The notes beneath the pieces are model-generated. The model was not told the origin of the DNA and did no database searches. It saw only the letters and a list, made by a program, of their open reading frames with translations. Both the position numbers and the translations under genes were made by a program. Shown one piece after another: positions 26,682 through 35,780 of a DNA stretch of 64,000 bases. Position 1 is the first letter of the stretch. Each line of letters opens with the position of its first letter. Origin of the DNA: Campylobacterales bacterium (GTDB taxonomy: Bacteria > Campylobacterota > Campylobacteria > Campylobacterales > QNZT01); contig JAJRSK010000042.1 of assembly GCA_024278835.1 (NCBI GenBank), positions 30 to 64,029 of the forward strand, given 5' to 3'.

Positions 26682-28678
26682 GTAAAGTCCTTTTCTCCAC
26701 TTGGCAAGGCGAGTTCATCGATAATCGAGGCTTACCTGTAGATGAGTGGAAAGAGTCATCCTTTAAAGTCCCAGCGACATACCAAAATGATATCAATTCT
26801 AAAATTTTTATCGGTTGGAATGGCCTTGTTGTTTTTGAAGAAGGAGTTGATGTTATCAAAGCCGGTGCAGAATATGCCGCGCAATATCAAATCTATTCAG
26901 AAGCCTGTGGGCGATGTGCGCCAGGAAGATGGGGAGGAAGAATCCTTTATGATCTTTTTGACAAGATAGCACGGGGTGAAGGAACACAAGGTGATGTCGA
27001 TCACTTAAAAGAGATTTCTGACACGATGATGCAGACAAGTAAGTGTGAAATAGGGCGCACAGTGCCTATACCATTACTTAATATTTTAGAATATTTTGAA
27101 ACAGAGATAAGAGACCTTATCGACAATCAAAAAGCCTCACCTGACTATGCCAATGAAGATATCAATTATATAGCAAAAGTAACAGCACCTTGTATGGATG
27201 CCTGTCCTGACCATGTAGATATCCCTGCTTATATAGAAGGTGTAAGGGATTTACAATTTACAGAGAGTTTAGTAGCAACAAAGCAGACGATGCCATTAGC
27301 GCATACTTGTGGTCGTGTATGTCCACACCCTTGTGAAGATGAGTGTCGTAGAATGAATCTTGATGAACCTATCTCTATTATGGAACTTAAGAGAATCGGT
27401 GCGGATTATGAGACTGATTATGACCAAGAGTTTAAGTATCCTTATGAGCCAAAACCATTAAATGGGAAAAAGGTAGCTATCGTTGGTGCTGGACCTGCAG
27501 GATTAACAGGTGCATATTATCTAGGACTTGAAGGTGTACAGTGTGATGTGTTTGATTATCTACCAGTACTAGGTGGGGAAGTTGCAGTTGGTGTACCTGA
27601 GTATCGTATGCCATATGATAAGTATAAAAGAGATATCGATGCTATCGCAGCACTTGAAGGTGTTAACTTCATACCAAATACGATGGTAACAGCAGATATG
27701 TTAAGAAAGTTTGAAAAAGAATATGACGCTATTTTACTAGCATCGGGCACAAGAATATCGAAAAAAGTAAGAGCCAAAAATGAAGACCCTTCCATGGAAG
27801 GTTACTGGCCAGCAATTCCTTTTCTTGATCAAATAAATCTTAGCGTAAAGTGGAATTTAGCAGAAGATGTGGATCTTACAGGGAAGACCATTGTCTGTGT
27901 TGGTGGTGGTTTTACTTCTATGGATGTTGTGAGATGTTCTATCCGAGCGGGTGCTGAGAAAGTTATCATGTTATATCGTCGTGATGCAAAAACGATTATC
28001 AGAAACACAAGCGAAGAAGAGTACCATGAAGCAGTTGAAGAGGGTGTGGAGTTTATCTTTCACTCGGCTATTGAAGAGATATATGATGAAGACCATAAAA
28101 TCACCTCTTTAAAAGTAAATCGTTTTGAGTTAGTACCTGATCCTGATGGTGGACGTGCGCAACTTGTAAAGATAGAAGGTGAAGATTTTGAAATACCGTG
28201 TGATTATTTGATTCCTGCGGTAAGTCAAGATGCTGACTTGACATACATTCCTGAAGAGTGGGAGTTAGAGTTAACATCTTGGAATACACTTAAAACAGAT
28301 GGTACAACGTATCAAACAAGTAGAAAAGGTATCTTTGCTGCAGGTGACTGTGAGTATGGACCGATGACTATTGTTAATGCTGTTGGTCAAGCTAAACGTG
28401 CCTCTTCTGTGATGGGTCGCTATATCCATACGGGTAAATTAGACTTACTTGATGAAGAAATCATGGAAGACCATTTACGGAAACTTAGGGTTTATGATAA
28501 AAAAGAGACTGTTACTGGTTGGGTAGCTGGTCTACCAAGAGAAGTAAGTGAAAAGATGGATGTTGAGGAAAGAAAGTTTGTACAAGATGAAGTCAACTTT
28601 GGTTTCACGCAAGAACAAGCAATCAACGAGGCAAGTCGCTGTATGCGATGTTATTATATAGCAATGGTGGCGGTGTAA
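26648..28678 (+). CDS. NuoF-C-terminal-remnant fused to a GltD-like NAD(P)H-dependent FAD/Fe-S oxidoreductase (occupies the nuoF position)
   Basis: The N-terminal ~150 aa resemble the NuoF SLBB/N3 region (SEACGRCAPGRWG...SKCEIGR). Then CMDACPDHVDIPAY...HTCGRVCPHPCEDECRR, then KKVAIVGAGPAGLTGAYYL and IVCVGGGFTSMDV dinucleotide folds. The start is uncertain: TTG 26648 or TTG 26678. Confidence 0.75.
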   Translation: MDVGCEKESFLSKVLFSTWQGEFIDNRGLPVDEWKESSFKVPATYQNDINSKIFIGWNGLVVFEEGVDVIKAGAEYAAQYQIYSEACGRCAPGRWGGRILYDLFDKIARGEGTQGDVDHLKEISDTMMQTSKCEIGRTVPIPLLNILEYFETEIRDLIDNQKASPDYANEDINYIAKVTAPCMDACPDHVDIPAYIEGVRDLQFTESLVATKQTMPLAHTCGRVCPHPCEDECRRMNLDEPISIMELKRIGADYETDYDQEFKYPYEPKPLNGKKVAIVGAGPAGLTGAYYLGLEGVQCDVFDYLPVLGGEVAVGVPEYRMPYDKYKRDIDAIAALEGVNFIPNTMVTADMLRKFEKEYDAILLASGTRISKKVRAKNEDPSMEGYWPAIPFLDQINLSVKWNLAEDVDLTGKTIVCVGGGFTSMDVVRCSIRAGAEKVIMLYRRDAKTIIRNTSEEEYHEAVEEGVEFIFHSAIEEIYDEDHKITSLKVNRFELVPDPDGGRAQLVKIEGEDFEIPCDYLIPAVSQDADLTYIPEEWELELTSWNTLKTDGTTYQTSRKGIFAAGDCEYGPMTIVNAVGQAKRASSVMGRYIHTGKLDLLDEEIMEDHLRKLRVYDKKETVTGWVAGLPREVSEKMDVEERKFVQDEVNFGFTQEQAINEASRCMRCYYIAMVAV

Positions 28679-28679
28679 T

Positions 28680-30914
28680 ATGACAAAAGTACAACAGCTA
28701 ATTAATTTTGAAATAGATGGGAAAGCGGTTCAGGGTACGAAAAATGAAACCATTTTACAAGTAGCACGTAGAAATGGTATCTATATACCAACCATGTGCT
28801 ATTTGACAAAAGTTAAACCTATCGCTTCTTGTCGTATGTGTGTGGTTGAGATTGAGGGTGCTGATGCGCCGATACTCTCTTGCCAAGAGAGAGCCGTTGA
28901 GGGTATCAAGATACAAACGCAGTCTGCAGAGCTTTACAAACAACGACAAAATATCATGAAATTGTATGATGTAAACCATCCACTTCAGTGTGGCGTTTGT
29001 CCAAAGTCTGGTGAGTGTGACTTACAAAATAAAACTTTAGAGTTTAATGTAGCAGCACAAAGTTTCTCAGCAGTTGAACAACCAAGAGAATTAGAAGATT
29101 GGGGAAATATCACTTATGACCCTTATCTTTGTATCATGTGTGAAAAATGTGTGAGAGTTAGCAATGAAATAGTAGGTGATGGTGCACTGCAAATTTCTGC
29201 TGGTGGGTATAACTCAAAAATCATCAACACAAAACTAGATAGTAAAAACGTAGACTGGGGTGAATGTGCTTCTGTTTGTCCTGTTGGGGCACTTTCTGAC
29301 TTAGATTTTAAATATAACACCAATGCTTGGGAGCTTAAACGCGTTCCTGCTTCTTGTGCACATAGTTCACTCGCAAATATGATTTATTATGAAATCAAAA
29401 ATGAGCGTATTTATCGTGTACGAAATGAGTTTGAGTTTGATTCTATGGCAGGTGTTTGCCGTTATGGATATGATTATGCTAACGAAGGTAGTAATGATCA
29501 TGATGATATGCAAAAAGCACTCAAAGCATTTAGCGAAGCTGATACGATAAACTTTTCTTCCATTATCACCAATGAAGAAGCATTGATATTACAAAAATTA
29601 AAAGAAAAATACGGATATAAACTTATCAATAATGAAGCAAAAAACTATCAAAAGTTTTTGAATGCTTTCTCTTCTACTTCTGGAAAATCATTTTATAGTG
29701 GCAGTTCGGATGCTATCAAAGAGAGTGACTTTATCATGATACTGGGCTCTAAAATAGCAGATGATATTCCAGGGCTTAAATTTAAGGTTAATCAAGCATC
29801 AAAGAGACAACGTGCACAGATAGTCTATATGCATCCAATCGAAGATGTAAGCATTAAAAATATCATCACCCAATATATCAAATATGAAGCAGGAAGTGAG
29901 GAGAGCGTTTTAGCAATGGTAGCTAAAGCGATACTCAAAGAAGCAGACTTACCAAAAGCCTTAGCTGATATCGACGAAGGATATATCTCAGCAGAGTCCA
30001 ATGTAGGTGAAGAAGAGATAGCTATCATGATAAAGCGGATGGTGAGAAAAAATAATTTTTCTTTTATCGTGGGATCAGATCTTTATGCCCATCCGCAAGC
30101 AGAAAATATCGCTAAGATGTTAGGCTTGATAGAGAAGTATAGTGATTTTGAAGTAACTATCATCCCTCCGATGGTGAATACCTTAGGTGTTTCATTGATA
30201 TGTGATATAGATGATGAAGCTGGTAGTAAAAGTATCGGGTATAACGCTGTAGGTGATTTTGTTTTATCTTCTTTGCAAGATGCTGGTGATGTCAATATGC
30301 CCGCTATCAACCAGCAAGAGGGGACATTTACAACGCTTAATAAAAGAGTAGTACCGACAAATGTGGCATTGCCTTTTGATGGTTTTTGTCTTAATGACCT
30401 TGCCAATGAGTTAGGGTTAGATAAAAGGTATACCATAGACTATACAGAAGAACTTCCAGCATCTTCAGGATATAAAGTAAGAGAATTTGATAGTTTGGAT
30501 AACCATTTTGATGTAACAGGTGAAGAAGTACGTGGCTATGCACTGAGTGATTCTTTGGTTAAAAAAAGTGTTGAATTGGCTCCTTTAACAGATTTGGAGA
30601 GTTTTGATGGTGTAGTGATTTATTCTTGCAACCCTAATAGTCAAAAAAATGTATTTACAAATATTTGTAAGTATTTGAAAACTGATGCAGTACTGGCAGG
30701 TTCAGCACAGTTTGCGGTAGCTGCAAAAGTAAAAGATGGTGATGTACTTTCTATCATGATAGATGGTCAAACAATTGAAAGGGTCTTTAAGCTGAGTAAC
30801 GAACTAAAAGGCACGATAGCATTGATGCCAATATTTGATTTGGGGTTTGAGGGGCAAGCACTATTGTCGAAGTATAGATTTAATAAAGTAAATATAACAC
30901 AGGTGAATAAATGA
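28680..30914 (+). CDS. nuoG: NuoG-like subunit, paralogue 1
   Basis: [2Fe-2S] region CYLTKVKPIASCRMCVVEI. HPLQCGVCPKSGECDLQ. CIMCEKCVRV...CASVCPVGAL. Long molybdopterin-oxidoreductase-like C-terminal part. Confidence 0.8.
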   Translation: MTKVQQLINFEIDGKAVQGTKNETILQVARRNGIYIPTMCYLTKVKPIASCRMCVVEIEGADAPILSCQERAVEGIKIQTQSAELYKQRQNIMKLYDVNHPLQCGVCPKSGECDLQNKTLEFNVAAQSFSAVEQPRELEDWGNITYDPYLCIMCEKCVRVSNEIVGDGALQISAGGYNSKIINTKLDSKNVDWGECASVCPVGALSDLDFKYNTNAWELKRVPASCAHSSLANMIYYEIKNERIYRVRNEFEFDSMAGVCRYGYDYANEGSNDHDDMQKALKAFSEADTINFSSIITNEEALILQKLKEKYGYKLINNEAKNYQKFLNAFSSTSGKSFYSGSSDAIKESDFIMILGSKIADDIPGLKFKVNQASKRQRAQIVYMHPIEDVSIKNIITQYIKYEAGSEESVLAMVAKAILKEADLPKALADIDEGYISAESNVGEEEIAIMIKRMVRKNNFSFIVGSDLYAHPQAENIAKMLGLIEKYSDFEVTIIPPMVNTLGVSLICDIDDEAGSKSIGYNAVGDFVLSSLQDAGDVNMPAINQQEGTFTTLNKRVVPTNVALPFDGFCLNDLANELGLDKRYTIDYTEELPASSGYKVREFDSLDNHFDVTGEEVRGYALSDSLVKKSVELAPLTDLESFDGVVIYSCNPNSQKNVFTNICKYLKTDAVLAGSAQFAVAAKVKDGDVLSIMIDGQTIERVFKLSNELKGTIALMPIFDLGFEGQALLSKYRFNKVNITQVNK

Positions 30915-33256
30915 GTGATATTACAGTAGAAATTAACGGAATAAAATGCAAAGCACAAGAGGGCGAGTTCCTTTTAAATATTGCACGGCGTGAAGATATC
31001 TTCATCCCTGCAATTTGCTATCAGACACAATGTTCTCCCTCTCTTGCTTGTAGGCTTTGTATCGTTGAAGCAGACGAAAAAAGAGTTTATGCGTGTAATG
31101 CCAAAGCCAAAGATGGCATGGTTATCAATACAAATAGTGATGAGATAGCAGTTGAACGTAAAACAATCATGCAAGTCTATGATGTCAATCATCCACTTCA
31201 ATGTGGTGTGTGTGATCAAAGTGGTGATTGTGAATTACAAAACTATACACTTTATATGGATGTTGATAAACAAGACCATGCTATTGCTGATACCTTTAGA
31301 CCGATTCGAGACTGGGGATTGATGAAATATGATGCGGGACTTTGTATCGTGTGTGAAAAGTGCGTGACTGTCTGTAAGGATATGATTGGGGATGCGGTAC
31401 TTAAAACTGTACCTCGTGGTGGTGAAGCACTTCCTAAAGAGTTAAAGGCAAGCATGCCAAAAGACTCATATGCGATGTGGAATAAACTACAAAAATCTAT
31501 CATCGGTACCGTCAATGAAGATGATTCTTTAGAGTGTCAAGATTGTGGTGAGTGTATCGCAGTTTGCCCTGTTGGTGCACTTGTAAGTAGTGATTTCCAG
31601 TATACATCAAACTCTTGGGAATTGACTAAGATACCTGTGGCAAACCCTCATAGTAGTGATTGTTCTTTAGTCTATTATGAGACAAAACATGGTGATATGA
31701 AAAACTATGACACAAAGATTTTTAGAGTAACCAATGATGCACACTATGTTTCACTTTCGGGTGCGGCTAGATTTGGTTATGATTTTGAAAACCGTGTGGC
31801 AGGAAAAGATAAAGCATTTTTTGACAAAGCAATTGATTTTATCAAAAATGAGGCAGATACGATAAGATTTTCTTCTTATATCACCAATGAAGAAGCATTG
31901 ATTTTACAAAAGATAAAAGAGAAGTACAATCTCAAACTTATCAATGAAGATGCAAGAGCATATCAAAAGTTCATGCAAGCCTATACGTCAACAAGTAGTG
32001 AAACTCTTTATAATGGTACATTAAAATCTATCAAAGCCTCAAACTTTGTTATCTCAGTGGGTACAGCAGTACGTTATGATGCGCCAACTGTTGGGTTTGC
32101 TATCAACAATGCGATGACGATGAATAAAGGTGCGGGAATGTACTTTCACCCTGTAGGGGATAAAGTAGTTGATACTTTTTCTAAAAACATGATGGCTATC
32201 AACAATGCGATTGGCTCGGAAGAACATGTGTTGGCATATGTATTAGAAACATTTGCAAAAATAGCACAAGAAGCAGAAGAAGTAACAGTACCAGCACTTC
32301 CAAAAGAGATTGAAAATGTGATTTCTAAATACGATAGTGCAGTAGTGGGGCTAGCTGAAGATTTTGAAGCAACTTTAACAAAGATGCTTGCCAAAAAAGA
32401 TACTTTTTCTCTTGTCCTAGGTGAAGATTTGTATCATCATGAGAAGGCAGAAAATATCGCAAAAATAGCTGGGCTTATCTCTCTGTATACAAACTTTTCT
32501 GTGACTATCATCCCTTCAAAAACAAATACTTTAGGTGTTTCATTGATTTGTGATTTGGATGATGAAGCTGGAAGTAAGATCTTGGGATATAATGCTGAAG
32601 GTGATTTTGTACTAAGTGCATTGGGTGATGGTGACTTAGATATGCCTGCACTTAATCAACAGGAGGGAACATTCACTAGTTTAGATAAAAAAGTAGTTCC
32701 TACCAATGCTGCTCTTCCTTATTCTGGTTATGTCTTAAATGATATAGCCAATGCACTAGGACTAGAAGCAGAACTCACAATTGACTATACACCACAATTG
32801 CCAAAGAAAAGTGGATTTATGATGGCAGATTTTGATGCACTTCCAAACTTGTATGACAATGCAGGCAATGAAGTTAGAGGATATGACTTAAATGTGAAGT
32901 CAGTAAAAGCGGAAGGAAAGTTAGAAAAACTTTCAAAAGTGAAAGAGATGAAAGGGGACATTGTCTATCTTTCAAATCCAATCAATCAGTTTTCTGCCTT
33001 TACAAATAAAGCACATCAACTCAAATCTACAGGTGCTGTTTATGTATCAGCTGAGTATTTAGAAGCAAAAGGATTTGCAGAAGGTGATACGCTAGAAGTA
33101 AAGAGTGAAAATGGTGAGATAAGTGCTAAAATTGAATTAGATAAGCAATTATTAGGGGAGATAGCGTATCTTCCAACATTTGATACAAGTTTAAATACTA
33201 AAGCGTTGTTTAGTGATGGATTTAGATTTACAACAGCAACAATAAGAAAGGTGTAA
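30911..33256 (+). CDS. nuoG: NuoG-like subunit, paralogue 2
   Basis: Same Fe-S motif set (CYQTQCSPSLACRLCIVEA, HPLQCGVCDQSGDCELQ, CIVCEKCVTV, CIAVCPVGAL). ATGA overlap with paralogue 1. Confidence 0.8.
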   Translation: MSDITVEINGIKCKAQEGEFLLNIARREDIFIPAICYQTQCSPSLACRLCIVEADEKRVYACNAKAKDGMVINTNSDEIAVERKTIMQVYDVNHPLQCGVCDQSGDCELQNYTLYMDVDKQDHAIADTFRPIRDWGLMKYDAGLCIVCEKCVTVCKDMIGDAVLKTVPRGGEALPKELKASMPKDSYAMWNKLQKSIIGTVNEDDSLECQDCGECIAVCPVGALVSSDFQYTSNSWELTKIPVANPHSSDCSLVYYETKHGDMKNYDTKIFRVTNDAHYVSLSGAARFGYDFENRVAGKDKAFFDKAIDFIKNEADTIRFSSYITNEEALILQKIKEKYNLKLINEDARAYQKFMQAYTSTSSETLYNGTLKSIKASNFVISVGTAVRYDAPTVGFAINNAMTMNKGAGMYFHPVGDKVVDTFSKNMMAINNAIGSEEHVLAYVLETFAKIAQEAEEVTVPALPKEIENVISKYDSAVVGLAEDFEATLTKMLAKKDTFSLVLGEDLYHHEKAENIAKIAGLISLYTNFSVTIIPSKTNTLGVSLICDLDDEAGSKILGYNAEGDFVLSALGDGDLDMPALNQQEGTFTSLDKKVVPTNAALPYSGYVLNDIANALGLEAELTIDYTPQLPKKSGFMMADFDALPNLYDNAGNEVRGYDLNVKSVKAEGKLEKLSKVKEMKGDIVYLSNPINQFSAFTNKAHQLKSTGAVYVSAEYLEAKGFAEGDTLEVKSENGEISAKIELDKQLLGEIAYLPTFDTSLNTKALFSDGFRFTTATIRKV

Positions 33257-33257
33257 T

Positions 33258-34253
33258 ATGAGTGAAAGTTCTTATATAATAGAAACGATAATCAAAGTTA
33301 TCGTTATATTGACAGTGTTTTCTGCATTGGCAGGTATCACGACTTACTTTGAAAGAAAAGTGTTAGCATTTATGCAAAGAAGATTGGGGCCTATGCATGT
33401 TGGTCCTTTTGGAATCTTGCAGGTAGCGGCAGATGGTATCAAGCTTTTTACAAAAGAAGATATCGTTCCTCAACATGCTGTAAAACCTATCTTTATGATA
33501 GCACCGGTGATTGCTTCTGCAACAGCATTTATCGCGATGGCTGCGGTACCTTTTTTACCAGAGTTTACACTTCCATTTACGGATTATGTGGTACATCCAA
33601 TTGTAGCAGATATTGATATCGGTATACTTTTTGTCGTCGGTGTGATGGCCGTAGGTATGTACGCCCCACTACTAGGTGGTATGGCATCGAACAATAAATG
33701 GTCACTTTTAGGGGCAGCAAGAACTGTTGTTCAAATGCTTTCATTTGAAGTAGTAACGGGTTTGTCTCTTATTGCTCCGCTTATGATGGTTGGTTCTCTT
33801 TCACTTATAGATATCAACGATTATCAACAAGGTGATACAGCATGGTTAGTAGCCTATCAACCAGTTGCATTTATACTTTATGTTATCTCTGGCTATGCAG
33901 AAACTAATAGAACACCATTTGATTTGTTAGAGCATGAAGCAGAAATCATTACAGGTTATGCAACCGAGTATTCTGGTATGAGATGGGGACTTTTTGCTAT
34001 CGGTGAGTATGCCAATATGTTTACTGTGGCATTTGTTGCATCACTTGTATTTTTGGGTGGTTACAATGATATGTGGTTTATCCCTGGAGGACTTGCAATC
34101 ATTATGAAAGTTTCTGCACTGATATTTTTGTTTTTATGGGTTCGTGCGGCTTGGCCACATGTAAGACCAGATCAATTGATGTGGTTATGCTGGAAAGTAT
34201 TGATGCCTTTAGCGTTTGTCAATATCTTGATAACCGGTATAGTATTAATTTAG
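33258..34253 (+). CDS. nuoH: NADH-quinone oxidoreductase subunit H
   Basis: RKVLAFMQRRLGP, ETNRTPFDL.EHEAE and YANM motifs; 8 TM segments. Confidence 0.9.
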   Translation: MSESSYIIETIIKVIVILTVFSALAGITTYFERKVLAFMQRRLGPMHVGPFGILQVAADGIKLFTKEDIVPQHAVKPIFMIAPVIASATAFIAMAAVPFLPEFTLPFTDYVVHPIVADIDIGILFVVGVMAVGMYAPLLGGMASNNKWSLLGAARTVVQMLSFEVVTGLSLIAPLMMVGSLSLIDINDYQQGDTAWLVAYQPVAFILYVISGYAETNRTPFDLLEHEAEIITGYATEYSGMRWGLFAIGEYANMFTVAFVASLVFLGGYNDMWFIPGGLAIIMKVSALIFLFLWVRAAWPHVRPDQLMWLCWKVLMPLAFVNILITGIVLI

Positions 34254-34260
34254 GGAGTGG

Positions 34261-34878
34261 ATGATGGATTTAACAAATTATAATAATAGAAATGTTTCAG
34301 ATGATTATATTTACATGGAGATTGATGAGACACCAACACGGTGGCAAGATCAGTTTGCTAGAGTTGTAAAGAGAACTTTTTCAGGTGAACTCTTTGTTGG
34401 TTTATGGATTGTATTTCGTGAGATGCTAAAATTTGACATACACACAGTACAATATCCTTTAGAGAAACTTCCTATTAGCCCAAGATATAGAGCACTTCAT
34501 GAGATAAAAAGACTTGTAGAAAGTGGCAATCAAGCTTGTATCGGTTGTGGGCTTTGTGAAAAGATTTGTATCTCTAACTGTATACAAATTGATACAAAGT
34601 ATGGTAGTAAAGGTCGTAAAGTTGTAAGAGGTTGGACACTTAATCTTGGTCGTTGTATCTATTGTGGATACTGTGCTGAAGTTTGTCCTGAACTTGCTAT
34701 CACACATGGACAAGATTATGAAAATGTAGCAGAGCAAAGAGCACATTATGCAGCTTTACCTGACTTAGTTACGCCAATGGATTCGTTTAAAGCTGGAAAG
34801 CAAAAACAATATCCAGGTTTTGGTTCACTTAGTCCTAATGCTAGTGAAAATGTTAAAAAAACGCCGTTGGCATATTAA
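34261..34878 (+). CDS. nuoI: NADH-quinone oxidoreductase subunit I
   Basis: Two ferredoxin motifs: CIGCGLCEKIC and CIYCGYCAEVCP. Confidence 0.85.
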   Translation: MMDLTNYNNRNVSDDYIYMEIDETPTRWQDQFARVVKRTFSGELFVGLWIVFREMLKFDIHTVQYPLEKLPISPRYRALHEIKRLVESGNQACIGCGLCEKICISNCIQIDTKYGSKGRKVVRGWTLNLGRCIYCGYCAEVCPELAITHGQDYENVAEQRAHYAALPDLVTPMDSFKAGKQKQYPGFGSLSPNASENVKKTPLAY

Positions 34879-34888
34879 AGGATGATGA

Positions 34889-35476
34889 ATGTATGAAATA
34901 GTAGCGTTTTATCTATTTTCGGCTTTAACGATATGGATGTTCCTTATCGTTGTACTTAGTAAAAATGCACTCTATGCAATGAGTGCATTAGCAGCAGGAA
35001 TGATTTTAATCTCTGGATTTTTCTTCTTGCTTAATGCAAGTTTCTTGGGTGTAGTTCAAATCATTGTCTATACAGGCGCTGTTATGGCTCTGTATGCATT
35101 TGGTATGATGTTTTTGGATACAACACAAGATATCAAAGAAGATGCACATAATCCAAAAATCATTTATGGTCTTTGGATAGCAAGTGCTTTGTTAATCGTA
35201 TTCATGGTAACTGCACCTTTTGCAGCAGAGCATTTAGCACTTGATTCGCCACTTAGTGATCCTAAACTATGGGATGGTACAAACCCTCAACAGGTTGGTG
35301 TTATCTTATTTACAAAATACTTGATTCCATTTGAACTAGCGGCAGTAATGCTTTTAGTCGCAATGATTGCAGGTATTATACTTGTAGGTAAAAAAATGGA
35401 TGCAAGTTTAACGACTACTGGTGTAGAAGCAGCAAAAGTTGAAGAAGAAGAATTTCATGTAAAGGATGAGAAATGA
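34889..35476 (+). CDS. nuoJ: NADH-quinone oxidoreductase subunit J
   Basis: Position in the operon, 5 TM segments, and the VVQIIVYTGAVMAL motif. Confidence 0.8.
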   Translation: MYEIVAFYLFSALTIWMFLIVVLSKNALYAMSALAAGMILISGFFFLLNASFLGVVQIIVYTGAVMALYAFGMMFLDTTQDIKEDAHNPKIIYGLWIASALLIVFMVTAPFAAEHLALDSPLSDPKLWDGTNPQQVGVILFTKYLIPFELAAVMLLVAMIAGIILVGKKMDASLTTTGVEAAKVEEEEFHVKDEK

Positions 35477-35775
35477 TAACACTGACACATTATTTAGTTT
35501 TATCTGCCATACTGTTTGTTATCGGATTGGTAGGTGTTATGAGAAGAAAAAATCTTTTAATGTTATTTTTCGCAACTGAGATTCTACTCAATGCTGTTAA
35601 TATAGGCTTTGTGGCGATTGGAAATTTTTATGCTGATTTAACAGGTCAAATGTTTGCATTTTTTATCATTGCCGTTGCTGCAAGTGAAGTAGCAGTTGGA
35701 CTTGGGTTACTTGTACTTTGGTATAAAAAAGAGGGTAGTATCGATCTTGATACACTTCAAAGAATGAAAGGTTAG
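35473..35775 (+). CDS. nuoK: NADH-quinone oxidoreductase subunit K
   Basis: 100 aa with 3 TM segments. Conserved Glu in TEILLNAVN and AASEVAVGL. Confidence 0.85.
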   Translation: MITLTHYLVLSAILFVIGLVGVMRRKNLLMLFFATEILLNAVNIGFVAIGNFYADLTGQMFAFFIIAVAASEVAVGLGLLVLWYKKEGSIDLDTLQRMKG

Positions 35776-35780
35776 GCGTG

